A stretch of DNA of 64,000 nucleotides from assembly GCA_019828565.1 (NCBI GenBank), contig JAHDYR010000038.1:326735-390734 (forward strand), given 5' to 3'. Numbering within the stretch: the first letter of the stretch is position 1; every line of letters begins with the position of its first letter. Position numbers and translations under genes: made by a program. Source of the stretch: Carpediemonas membranifera BICM. Its lineage: Eukaryota; Protista; Fornicata. Positions 20,344 to 31,779 of this stretch are shown in pieces. The notes under the pieces are model-generated. The model was not told the DNA's origin. It searched no databases and worked only from the letters and a program-made list of their open reading frames with translations.

Positions 20344-23300
20344 GTGCCCGTCATCATCCACCCTGGTCCAGTTACATGTAGCATTTATGTCTAGTGCTCG
20401 CCGGCGAGCATGTCGGCGAGGTCGCCCTTGGCGTCCTTGTTGTTCGTGGGCTTCAGGGCGAACTTGTCGGCCAGCACGGCGAGGGCGTCGGGGGTTAGGA
20501 AGCGGGGCAGCGAGGGGCCGAGGCGGATGTTGCGGATGCCCAGGTGGAGCAGCGTCAGCAGCACGGCGACGGCCTTCTGCTCGAACCAGCTCACGCACAG
20601 CGAGAGCGGCAGGTCATTGACGGCGAGCCCGGTGGCCTCGGAAAGGGCGACCGCGATCTTGATGGCGCTGAAGACGTCGTTGCACTGGCCGACGTCGAGC
20701 AGGCGCGGGATGCCCTCGATGTCGCCGTAGTCCTTGACGCGGTTGATGCGGAAGCGGCCGCAAGCGCCGGTCAGGATCAGGCAGTCGTCGGGGATGGCCT
20801 CGGCGAGGTCCGAGAAGTAGTTGCGGCCGGGCGTGCTGCCGTCGCAGCCGCCGATGAAGAAGATGTGGCGCAACTTGCCCGCGGAGATCAGCTCGAGGAC
20901 CTTGCCCGCGTGGCTCAGAACCTCGGCGTGCATCGCGCCGACGAGCAGGGGCGACTCGGCGTTGGCGGCCTCGACGTCGGCTTTGGTGTAGCCGGGCGCC
21001 TCGAGCGCGGCCGCGATCACGGACTCGAACTCGCCGTTCGCGACGTGGGTCAGGCCCGGGAAGCCGACGCGGCCGGTCGTGAACACGCGGTGCTTGTAGT
21101 CCTCGCGCGGGGGCATGATGCAGTTCGTCGTGAAGAGCACGGGGCCGGGGAAGAGCGGGAACTCCTTGCGCTGGTTGCGCCACGACGTGCCGTAGTTGCC
21201 GACGAGGCACTTGTACTTGCGCAGGGCGGGGTAGGCGTGGGCGGGGATCATCTCGCCGTGGGTGAAGACGTTCACGCCGCGCGCCTCGCACTGCTCGAGC
21301 AGCTTGTGGAGGTCGTCCATGTCGTGGCCCGTGATGAGGATGCACTTGCCCTCGACGGGCCGGGTGTTGACGGGCGCGAAGCTGGGCTGGCCGAGCGCCG
21401 CGTTGTGCGCCTTGTCGAGCGCGGCCATGATGCCGAAGTTGGCCTCGCCGACCTTGAGCGTGAGGCCGAGGAGCGCGTCGACGGACAGGTCGTCCTTGTT
21501 GAGCTCGGCCATCGCCTCGACGTTCATCCACGTCTCCTTGCGCACGGGGTCGAGGCCCTCGAGCACGAAGACGTGGTCCGCGTAGGCGGCGGCGCCACGG
21601 ATGCCGTAGACAACGGTCTCGCGGAGGCCGGCGACGGTCTCGCCGAACTTGTGGATGCGGTGGGCGAGCCCGTAGTCCTTGAGGGTCGCGACGGCCTCAG
21701 CGGCGGACTTGTTGACGCCGTTGACGCCGAGGGCGGTCAGCTCGGCTGTGAGGTCCTCGGCGTAGCGCATGAGGGCGTCGTCGTCGAAGTTGACGTTGGT
21801 GAGCGTCGTGAACATGGCGCGGTTGAACAGAACGAGCTGTTCGTCGGTGACCTTAGCGCGGTCCTGCACGGCGGCGGCCGCGAGCTGCATGCAGAGCCAC
21901 GTAATGTGGTCCTGGATGGCGGTTGTTTCGGGGCTCTTGCTGCAGACGCCCTTGAACGTGTTGCAGCCGGGGCCGCGCGCTTGCTCGCACTGGTAGCAAG
22001 CGGATGCGTTGTTGTCGAGAAGCTTTTCGATCTCCATGAACTTTGTGTCTTCGTTCTGCTGAGGGCAGTAGCAGATACGGCGACTTCGGGAGATTCAATC
22101 GGATCGGTTGTGGACCCTAATGCGCATCGGGTCGGCTGCGGGCCCGGGGAGGCCAGCTGATTGCACCAGAAGGTGCCCCAGAGGTCTGCTGGTGTCGGCC
22201 GACCGCTCCTGCGTGTGCCATCACCATCGGCTGTCACCTCGCGTCGCCGCGACCCGCTGGCCCAGGCGTGCCACAGAGCTTGCTGACCGGCTCCAACGCC
22301 CGGAATGTGGGTCTACGGGCCCGGCAACGCTAGTCCGGAACGCCGGAGGGCGTGGCGATGTCTCAGAAGCTGGGCTGCGGAGATGGGCTGGATCGGGTCA
22401 GCGGGCCCTCGACAGCGCGCTCGCAGGGATGTGATGGGTCGGCCTCTCCCATATGTCGCTGGAATGGCTGCGTGCGGTGAGCATCAGCGGTCGAGCAAAG
22501 ATCGAATGCATATCGAGACCACCATTGGGCTCAGCTGCGACGGCTTAGCGTGAATATCGCTACTTTATGGTCTATACGACCGTACGTTCTCTAGTTTCAT
22601 CCATTTTTATGAGATTATGGTTCCGCTCGATTCGGGGTCGCGGTTATCCTCATCGCAGGGCTGTGGGATGTCATATCCTACGCCAGTGCCAAGGCAAGGA
22701 GCTACTTGTATCTGTCCCATTCTTCTTTGCTTGTTCAAGCTTGCTCGGTTCTGAAGTACGAGACGCAATCTCCAGCCCAAGATTCGATCTGGATCTAAAT
22801 TGAGCTGCAATTGAGAATCGATGTCATGCCCACCGGCGTTCCCTTGCTTCCCGAGCGGCATCGCCAGCACCCGAGTGCTCTGTATACTGGATCGGCGCTT
22901 CGGCCGGGACTGGGGCAGTCGACGCCCGTCAGCGCGCTGGGATGGAGCAGCCTAGCTGGTGGCAGCACTCTCGGCGCGCGTCGGTGGTCGACGACTCGGC
23001 GACTGTGGCCACAAGAGGACAGCGCCAGCTTGGATGGGCGAAGCAGCGCCACAACACGATTCCGCGGCATTGGGCGTTGAGCATGCGCTGATATCCGCAT
23101 TCCGCGTTTCGACTGTTGCAACCGCCTACATCCCCGGGGACATCCCCTCTCTGCTCCGCCACGCCTACTCCAGGCACTTCAACAAGGTCATGCCGGTAGA
23201 GCGCGATGCAGAGACCACCAGTGCATCAGCGAGCAGCGCAGAACTCGAATCCCTGCAAACCATGCTCTCGAGAATTCCCCCTCTGAAACCAACCGCGCAA

Positions 23301-23598
23301 GCCCTCCTCGACCGCGCCCGCTCGATCCTCGCAGACGGCCCCCCGCTCTCCATGAACGTCGAGCTCGCGGAGGGGCAGGAGCTCCCGGTCGCCCTGCACA
23401 CCCTGCTCCAAGGCACGCTGTGGGCCGTGATGATAGCGAGTGCTGACCCAGACCTCGAGGACAGGGTGCTGGAGGAGGCTCGAGTGAAGTGGCCAGATGA
23501 GAACGCGATACACGGCAAGATCCGCAACGCTCTCGCCCCTGAGGCCAAATGCCTCTGGTTCCTCTGCCGCAAGTTCTTCTTCACGCTGAACGTCGCCG
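20344..23598. repeat. Right arm of inverted segmental duplication (partner 5744-8996)
   Basis: Reverse-complement near-identity to the left arm. Confidence 0.95.
20391..22037 (-). CDS. hcp: Hybrid cluster protein, copy 2 (protein identical to copy 1)
   Basis: Identical 548-aa translation; synonymous differences seen (GAT/GAC, CTG/CTA). Confidence 0.97.
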   Translation of the reverse strand: MEIEKLLDNNASACYQCEQARGPGCNTFKGVCSKSPETTAIQDHITWLCMQLAAAAVQDRAKVTDEQLVLFNRAMFTTLTNVNFDDDALMRYAEDLTAELTALGVNGVNKSAAEAVATLKDYGLAHRIHKFGETVAGLRETVVYGIRGAAAYADHVFVLEGLDPVRKETWMNVEAMAELNKDDLSVDALLGLTLKVGEANFGIMAALDKAHNAALGQPSFAPVNTRPVEGKCILITGHDMDDLHKLLEQCEARGVNVFTHGEMIPAHAYPALRKYKCLVGNYGTSWRNQRKEFPLFPGPVLFTTNCIMPPREDYKHRVFTTGRVGFPGLTHVANGEFESVIAAALEAPGYTKADVEAANAESPLLVGAMHAEVLSHAGKVLELISAGKLRHIFFIGGCDGSTPGRNYFSDLAEAIPDDCLILTGACGRFRINRVKDYGDIEGIPRLLDVGQCNDVFSAIKIAVALSEATGLAVNDLPLSLCVSWFEQKAVAVLLTLLHLGIRNIRLGPSLPRFLTPDALAVLADKFALKPTNNKDAKGDLADMLAGEH

Positions 23599-24670
23599 AG
23601 AAGGACGGCGAGAGCTATAAGTGGACTGACTACGAGAGATTCTACCACCACCGCATGTACATGGGCCGACTCTTCATGCTCTACACGAGGCACCACACCG
23701 CCCTCACCAGGGCCACGATGCCCAGGGCCCTCGAGGTCTACAGCAATTACATCACCTATGTTGCCAGGACGCCTAAGGGCCTGTGGGGCTGGGGGAATAG
23801 CTTTGAGGGTCAGCTGGGGTTTCAGTCAGAGTTCTCCGACCCGGCCCGCCTCACCTTCCCCGCCTGCCCCAAGGTCGCCGAGCTCGAGGCCAGCCTGCCC
23901 GCCTGGGAGAAGCACAGCATGGTGACTGCGGTGTCGATGAAGCACGGTCAAGCATTCATCCTCACCCCAGCCGGCACCATCATGGCCGGCAGTGATGCTG
24001 AGTTATTTGTCGGCCCAGTCGAGGAGGAGAACTGGTGCCGCTTCAAGCCAGTCTCTGTGCAAACTGGCTTTGTCCCAGCTCACATCATGCATGACTCGGC
24101 AGTCATCCTCACCATGGGCGATCGGCAGGTGATCAGCGGATGGAACAATTATGGCCAGCTGGGGCTTGGGCACGAGAATGAGATGACTGGGTTTGAGGAG
24201 CTGTCCTTCAGGGTCGACCGGCTTGCTCATTCTGGAAGCGCCTTCCACATATTCCTCAGCGGCGCCAGCTGCTCTTCGCCGGCGAGGTTCCAAAGCCGAT
24301 TGCCCAGTCGGGCCTGCTGCCAGGATACTACGGCAACGAGGAGTGCGTCACAGCCACCCCGCTCCGGTTCCCAGGGAGGGTCAAGGGCTTCTATTGTGAT
24401 AGGTTAGCTCTCATCTGGGTCACAGATGGCCACTCTCACCTGCGCGACGACAACGACTCATATCGCGTGCGCTTGGAGTCGACAGCACTGGGTGTTCGGA
24501 GCGTTGACGATGGAGTTGCTTACTCATTCCGGGACAACTTCGGCCAGTGGTTCAGGGTGACGGGCGTGTCAAGTGGGGTGGCGAAGCTGGTCGAGTGCGA
24601 GGCGCCCGATGATTGTGACATCTTCACAATCCTCCCAGTCGACTTAGACCCGTGGGAAAGCGGCGCCTAG
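23190..24670 (+). pseudogene. Header-cassette/RCC1(BLIP-II)-like family member, copy B, with a 1-nt frameshift near 24260
   Basis: WGWGNSFEGQLG and SGWNNYGQLGLG motifs. LSG|RQLLFAGEVP continues in another frame to the stop at 24670, matching paralogues C and D; could be a sequencing error. Confidence 0.75.
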
Positions 24671-24886
24671 CATGACCATCGCAGGCCCAGATTCTATTGA
24701 CTCTTTTGGGGTCGGCAATTGTCCTGTCAACACCCAGTCTGGACCATTGTGGATGAACCTCGCATTCGGCTGCCTCGCTTGTCGCTAAGAATCAGCATCG
24801 CTTAAAATCGACACGGGACAATTATCTCCCAAAAGGGCGATTTGATCTCAGCTTTCTCAAATCTCACCGGACCAGCGAAACATTCG

Positions 24887-26002
24887 ATGAGACCGGCATT
24901 TCTTTGTGTCATTGCACTCCTCGCCGCTGTTTCATGCAGAGAATACTTCGGCCATGTCGACGTCGGAGGCTCTTACTTTGGCACCTTCTACAACCACCAC
25001 ACTGTTGGCGACGAAGCCATGATCCCCATTACAACGAACTTCTGGTGCAATGGTGCCTATTGGAACTCCATTGTTCATGTATTCACCAGCGTTGACCAGG
25101 GAACCACGTGGTCGAAAGGCCAGACGATCTCGAACAAGGAGTTCATTCTTCCCCAAGCGATTGATAGGGATCACGTGGTTATGAGCATCGCAGACTCGGA
25201 CACCCGCAAGGTGGGCCAGATCATCGACTATTCCCGTTCCGGAGGGAAGCTGACGGAAGGCCCGACCATCTGCAGCTTCGATCATGATGCGTTCGACGTC
25301 AAGGTCGACCACATCGTCCTCGTCAACAAGGCCGGCCGGATCACTGAATATATTCGCCATGGCGACACGTTCAGCCCCGGCGTCAGTGACACAATCCCAA
25401 TCCCCGCTTTCAACCGCTCTGTTGTCAGAATCGTCGATGACGACATGATCCTCATCATGGCCGATGCTTCCACTGCCGTGGTCGCGGTCAAGCGCGGCAG
25501 CGCCTGGCAGAGGACCCAGACGATCGCCGTCCCGGACAACTTCGCCCCCTGCGACACGATTGCCTCCAACCATGGCATCATCGTCTTCCAATACCACGAC
25601 AATCGGGATCCGGTCCATCCGAAGCCGCAGCTCATCATCTACGAGCGCTCGGGCACCCAGCTCGCAGCCACCCAGCAGCTCGACTTCACCGATGAATTGC
25701 AGGACGTTCCGCCGCATGGTGTCAGGTATCTTGCCGCCTCGGTGCTCAACGCTGAAAGCATCTCGATTGCTATCGGCTATGAGGATGTTGCAGGCCACGT
25801 TGTCAGTTTCGATGTCACGAAGACCGGCTCCGCCTGGGCGATGAAGCCCCGCGGCAATGTCCAGCACGTAAGTCAGCACTCACACGACAATTACCTTCAA
25901 TCCATCACCTTTATGTCTGACGGGCACGTTGGCGCGGTCACGTCGGGCGGCGGTTGTGACACGGACTCCTTCGTTTACAGGATCGGAGACATCACCCGAT
26001 AA
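24887..26002 (+). CDS. Secreted beta-rich protein with an Asp-box (BNR) motif
   Basis: Signal peptide MRPAFLCVIALLAAVSC; SVDQGTTW Asp-box. Confidence 0.65.
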   Translation: MRPAFLCVIALLAAVSCREYFGHVDVGGSYFGTFYNHHTVGDEAMIPITTNFWCNGAYWNSIVHVFTSVDQGTTWSKGQTISNKEFILPQAIDRDHVVMSIADSDTRKVGQIIDYSRSGGKLTEGPTICSFDHDAFDVKVDHIVLVNKAGRITEYIRHGDTFSPGVSDTIPIPAFNRSVVRIVDDDMILIMADASTAVVAVKRGSAWQRTQTIAVPDNFAPCDTIASNHGIIVFQYHDNRDPVHPKPQLIIYERSGTQLAATQQLDFTDELQDVPPHGVRYLAASVLNAESISIAIGYEDVAGHVVSFDVTKTGSAWAMKPRGNVQHVSQHSHDNYLQSITFMSDGHVGAVTSGGGCDTDSFVYRIGDITR

Positions 26003-26436
26003 ATCTCACACCGTAGCATGGCATCCTGGGTAGTTCTGGCGGCTTGGAGCTCAAGGCCGAGCACGTCCGTTTATAAGGTATTCACGTCGAACTCAACGCC
26101 TGAGTAGGGTTGGCCGATTGAACACAGTGGCTGGGGAGCCAAAGAGCCCCCGTTCAGATGTACATGGGGTAGTCCTTGTCGACGTCGACCCGTGGACCCC
26201 GGACACCAAGTAATGACTGGCTTGACCCTTCAATAAGTGAGCACTGCTCACGGCACCCTTTGAGATGCCCATCCTGAATGATGAGGGCAGCGGCAAGTCT
26301 CGGCCGGTTCAGAGTGACCGCCGTGACAAATGGGCGGCTCCTTTTGGCCCAGACACATTGCTGTGATCTGGCGACAGTCTAGCTCTGGGCGCAACATAAA
26401 TTCAGCCCGTGATCAGGTCACCATTTATGACTCAGC

Positions 26437-27680
26437 TTAGGCCAGCACCAGCAATGCGAGGAGCACCGCAAGGAGGCCGACCTTGACCCAGGCAGCAGCG
26501 TCTGTGTTGGGGCGCTGGGCGGTGTAGAGCACCTCGCCAGACGTCACGTTGCCGGTAGTTGTCGTGGAGTAATCGTTGTTCATGTAGAGATCAGAGTAGA
26601 CCCGCATCCGGGAGTGGAAGCAGTTGCCGCCCATCAGGCAGGGGTAGTCGGCCAGCGTGAAGGTGATGCTCTCCTCGGTGCCGTCGATGGGGTGCAGATT
26701 AGCGTCGGCGAGGTGGGTAACAGAGTGCATCGCCATGTCGTCTGCGGTGGTGCCGTCGGCGTAAACAGCGGAGACGGAAGAAACGCCGTTGAGCTCGTCG
26801 TCGATCAGCTGGACGTACAAGATTGAGGCACCATCGCTCGTCACGTTGTACCAGGCGTCGACGGCGAACGCCCAGGTCTGCTCGGCAGGGTCGTATTCGA
26901 TGAAGCCGTAGTGGAAGCTGCCTGAGGCCACCTCCTTAGTGGCAGCAATGCGACCGCCGAAGCTGTTGGCCACGACTTCGTCGAAGTCGGTTGTGTTGAA
27001 GTTTGAGGCAAAGTCGGAGCAGTCAGTGTTGGCGCTGAGGATATAAGCCGTGCCGTCATTCTGCCCGGCGAGGATGACTGAGATGCCGTCCTTGTTGTAG
27101 GGAATGATGTTGTCGAACTCAGTATACTCGGTATACGGCAGGGTGAGTTGCTCTGCAGCTCGAGACCGAGGTTGTACACGAGGAGCTCGCTCTGAGTGCA
27201 AACGAAGACACTGGTGCCGTCGCAGTACATGGGCATGTCATCCGTGCGGAAGGGAATGCTGGCCTCGGCGAGCTGGGTGCCGTCGTAGTTGACGGAGACG
27301 ACCTTGTCGACCTTTGAGCGGAGGAAAAGGTGCGGCGTGGCCGAGCCCTTGTCGGAGCAGGGGTTGGATGTGCCAGTGAGGACATTGGTCACGTTGGTGA
27401 CGGTGAAAGTATGGGGGTTGATCTCGACGACATCATCGTTGCCGATGTCGTGGAAGTTGGATTCGAAGTAGTTGAAGGCAACATCGTCGGTGGCAATGGT
27501 ACGAGTGGTAGCCAGCACAGTAACCTCTTGGTGGTCGTCGCTCATAGTGATGTAGGTGAACTCTTCGTCGCGGACGACATCGACGTCGGGGACGCGAATG
27601 GCCATTTGAGCGGTGCGGTAACACATCGCAACTGTGACTATCTGCAGAAGAATGAGAAGGCAAATGCCGGTCTGCTTCAT
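26437..27680 (-). CDS. Surface protein (signal peptide, C-terminal hydrophobic anchor), split by a 1-nt frameshift near 27145
   Basis: MKQTGICLLILLQIVTVAMC leader; ORFs 26841..27719 and 26437..27201 join at LQSN|TLPYTE; ends VGLLAVLLALLVLA. Confidence 0.7.
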
Positions 27681-28273
27681 GTTTCTGGAACTGTTGGTGT
27701 CTGCCGAAAGTTTCGACACAAAGTGTCGAATTTCGAGATCGCCCGATCTGGAGATGCGCCCGATATAGCCAGGGTCGGAAATTTCCCGTATGGCCCCTAT
27801 CCGTCGCCATTATAGCACGGGATTCGTGCCTAGAGCGGAATTCGGGTCAAGGTCAGAGATAGATCTTGACGACACGCGTCGGAAGGCCGCGAGGCCACCA
27901 TCATGCGATGTATGTGCGTCTTGGACCAAATGGACGATGCAACCAACAGTCTTCCCGACGGTCGTCTGACATCAGCTCGATCATCTTCGCGAAAGAACGA
28001 TGGCATGCCAGCAGGCGAAACTCGGCAGATGAGCACAAAAATCACACAGGATGGCTACAATAGCTCTGTAATGGCAGTTCATGCGTTTCAAGCGACGCAG
28101 ATGCCCTCGTTCCCGGGAACAGCCATGATTTGCTCGCCACGCCAATTCCATGCGCCTTCGATGCATAATACCGCGTATTCATGACAGATACGCTACTATG
28201 ATACAAATGTGCAGCAGTATTTCGCCCGAATCCATCTTCTCCAATCGTCATTCCCAAATCTTGCTTCAGAAAT

Positions 28274-28439
28274 CCCCTCTGAAACCAACGGCGCAAGCCC
28301 TGCTCGACCGCGCCCGCTCGATCCTCGCAGACGGCCCCCCGCTCTCCATGAACGTCGAGCTCGCGGAGGGGCAGGAGCTCCCGGTCGCCCTGCACACCCT
28401 GCTCCAAGGCACGCTGTGGGCCGTGATGATGGCGAGTGG
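28274..28439 (+). repeat. Isolated internal fragment (copy E) of the header cassette
   Basis: ~165 bp near-identical to the PLKPTAQ...WAVMMASG segment of copies A-D, in unrelated flanks. Confidence 0.9.
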
Positions 28440-28986
28440 AGTCAACCGGATGGATTGCTGTGTATTAATGACGGACCACTGAGCGTGCGTGCAATTAGTC
28501 ATGTTCATGGTCATCATCCCTCTGTCAACGCATCACAAGCACTCTTGCAAGTCGGTCCCCTGCCCCAACAAGACCTGCGGAGCCCAGGTGGAGTTCATGC
28601 ACCGCACGACGTTCTTCTTCTCTCCAGACATGCGCACGGCTCAAGCTCTAGCGGCCGGAGTGGTGGACCCCGCCCACGTGACAAGGACGTCTACACACCC
28701 GACCCGGTTATCTCCAGGGGCGTGTCCGTCAGCCCGTAGGGCTTCGTGGCCAACTGAAGCGTTTCCTTGAACGCAGCGACAATATCAAGCTGACAAAGGA
28801 CTCGACGAATTTGATTATCTCTGTCACAAAGACGATTACAATATATGACCCATGACGGCCAAACGGTCCATATCTGCCCCTGATGTGTGGTAGAACCGGT
28901 TGTCATTTCATGCTCGTTTTGTTCCATATTGTTCTCCGATAATAAGAATTCGCCTTTCTCGTTCTGCTCGTCTTCGTCTTCACCTT

Positions 28987-30940
28987 ACTGCAGCACCTTC
29001 CCCCTGATCCTAGTCGACGCCATCGTCTGGGCACTCGGTGCTGCTGCCACATGCGCCGTGACCCCCTGGCTCGCCCTGTGCCTGCTCTCCCTCACACCGG
29101 TGGTCGCCCTACTCCCGATGGGCACGGTTAAGCTCACCACACTCGCCACGAGGAAGTACAGGGCGGAGGTCATGGCCCTGGAGAGCCCTGACCAGATGCC
29201 AGGGACCAGGCCTTTCCTGCTCTTCCCATACCACGCGTCGAGGTCGCGCTGAGTGAGTCAAAACTTGTCATTGCCAACTCCCAGAAGGACATCGCCGCAG
29301 TCAGCAGGCGCGTGCCGTTGACCATACTGGAGTTCTCTGGCGTTGTCGACGAGGCTGGCGTGCTGGACATGACCCGACTCTCTGATGACGACTCGGCCGT
29401 CATCGCCCAGTCGCTGCAGACCATCGAGGCTGAGACGGCGGACGGCATGCGGCTGTTCCAGATCACACACTCTCGCTGGCCGCACAGCGCCTGGTCCTGA
29501 CGTACATCATCTACACGGCCGCCGACCGCACTCAGTCCCTCCAGTCGGTCATGCACTCTACTGCCAGCACGTTTAAGCGGGTGATCAACCACGACTTGCA
29601 GTACGCCCGCTTCCTCTGCTAGAACTCCACGGACGCCCTGCACGGCGACGGGATTCCTGGCGAAGCAAGAGGCCAAGCGTGACTGGCACGCCTTGACGAA
29701 GGCCCGGCCAGTTTTCGCCGATTTATGGCGGCACATGTATGCCAGCAGAGGCCAGTCTTCGGCATCAAGTCTTGTGTACTACTTGAAGACTGTCAACCTC
29801 ATTTCTGCCCAACGGTCCCAGATCGACGCCCTGTACACGCGGGCCCTGAACCACCCGACCCCCCGCATCGTCCGGTCCTACGCCCAGTACCTCTCCATCA
29901 TTGACCCGTCCCCCGCTGTCGCCGCGTACTGCGAGGAGCTGTACGGCGTCGCTGACGAGCTCGAGGTCGCCCCGGGAGAGGGGGAGAAGGGCAGGATCAG
30001 GGTCGAGCTCGTGGACACAAGCAGCGAGGCGTCGTCCGGGGATAACGTCCGTCAGCACGCGTCTGGAGTCATCGCCTTCCTACTCATCACCTCATTTTTC
30101 CTCGTCAGTGTCCTATGCGTGGTTGCGTTCACGTACACGCACGCCAACATTCTGTGTAAGATGATTGGGCTCATGAACTCAACCATTGGGACCCAGCTCA
30201 TCACCGCAGCATTCGCGGCGCTGAGAGGAGATCCAACGCACATTGTCTCACAGCACGGTTGCCGGGGCACCGTGGAAGCCCTCGCTGAACGATATATCGG
30301 CCCAGTACCACCGACACAGCCTCGACACCTTCCCTGTCGCCTTGTACGCTCTCGGTGGGGCCGACTACGCCCAGGCCTACACGCTCGATCTTGTCACGAA
30401 GCTCGCGTCCATGGATGGCCGGGCTGCTCGCTCATGACCGGTCTCACCGCCGTGGTCGAGGCTACCGTGGCTAACGCCCAGGGTCGAGTGGATTCGCGGT
30501 GGTGGGGGGCTCTATGTCGGTGGGTCAACAGCCGACTCGGCAGCGGCGACTCCTGGACCAAGGGCATATCTGAGGGCGAGATTGCCGAGCTGCTCCACAG
30601 CATCGAGTCTCAGGTTATTCGAGACCTACCGCACATGGCAGCTGTCGTCAACCTGGACGTTACCAGCGGCTTCAGCAAGTCCAGTGATCTTCTCAAAGAT
30701 CGACTCCCAGCTTTCCGCTGCCAGGGCGAACGTCGGCATCTTCCTGGGCGGCTTCATCGTCATCCTTGTGGTCTACAACTACACCCACCTCAACCGCCCC
30801 GTCGGCATGCACAGCCGCACACGGCCAGCTCGCCGAAAAGTTCCGGTCGGTGTCACGATCCGGGATCCCAGTTGAGATCTTGGACAAGCTCGTTGAGGCG
30901 TTCCCAGATGAGTGAGGCGCGCCATAATCTCTCGTTTTAA
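28987..30940 (+). pseudogene. Degenerate TmcB-like membrane protein fragments
   Basis: TM fragments and ADLWRHM...ALYTRAL...IVRSYAQYL resemble the helical repeat of 12202..18267; several frameshifts and stops. Confidence 0.4.
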
Positions 30941-31779
30941 ACAACTGCATTTTAAGAACGATACTGATGAATTTGGCTTCGAACCTGGCCAGCTGGGGTG
31001 TCCCATTAGGTCTGCCGGTATCTGTCGCGCTCATATGTCGCTAAGATGGCTGCAAGCGGTCGTCAACTCTGATCAAGAAAGGATCAAAGCAATATCGAGA
31101 CCGTCATTCGGACCGTCCGCAACGACTTACTGGGAATCGAGCACATCTTGCTAGTTTATGTCTCTGCACGATCATGCCTCTGCTGGTTTCATCCATTCTC
31201 GTTAATGGACAGCTCCAGAAATCTGGGGATCCACGGGTATCTCAATGTTCTCCGATAGAATGTCCTCATATCCAATGCCGGTGCCAAGTTCAGGTGATGT
31301 TGGTATTTGTCCCATTCTTCTTTGCTTGTTCAAGCTTGCTCGGTTCTGAAGTACGAGACGCAATCTCCAGCCCAAGATTCGATCTGGATCTAAATTGAGC
31401 TGCAATTGAGAATCGATGTCATGCCCACCGGCGTTCCCTTGCTTCCCGAGCGGCATCGCCAGAACCCGAGTGCTCTGTGGATCGGCGCTTCGGCCGGGAC
31501 TGGGGCAGTCGACGCCCGTCAGCGCGCTGGGATGGCGCAGCCTAGCTGGTGGCAGCACTCTCGGCGCGCGTCGGTGGTCGACGACTCGGCGACTGTGGCC
31601 ACAAGAGGACAGCGCCAGCTTGGATGGGCGAAGCAGCGCCACAACACGATTCCGCGGCATTGGGCGTTGAGCATGCGCTGATATCCGCATTCCGCGTTTC
31701 GACTGTTGCAACCGCCTACATCCCCGGGGACATCCCCTCTCTGCTCCGCCACGCCTACTCCAGGCACTTCAACAAGGTC

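Noticed and set aside
22959-23189. 77-aa GTG-initiated N-terminal extension of the RCC1-like family
   Set aside because: Eukaryotic context favours an ATG start. The extension recurs only because the upstream DNA is identical. An upstream in-frame ATG (WMGE) cannot be excluded.
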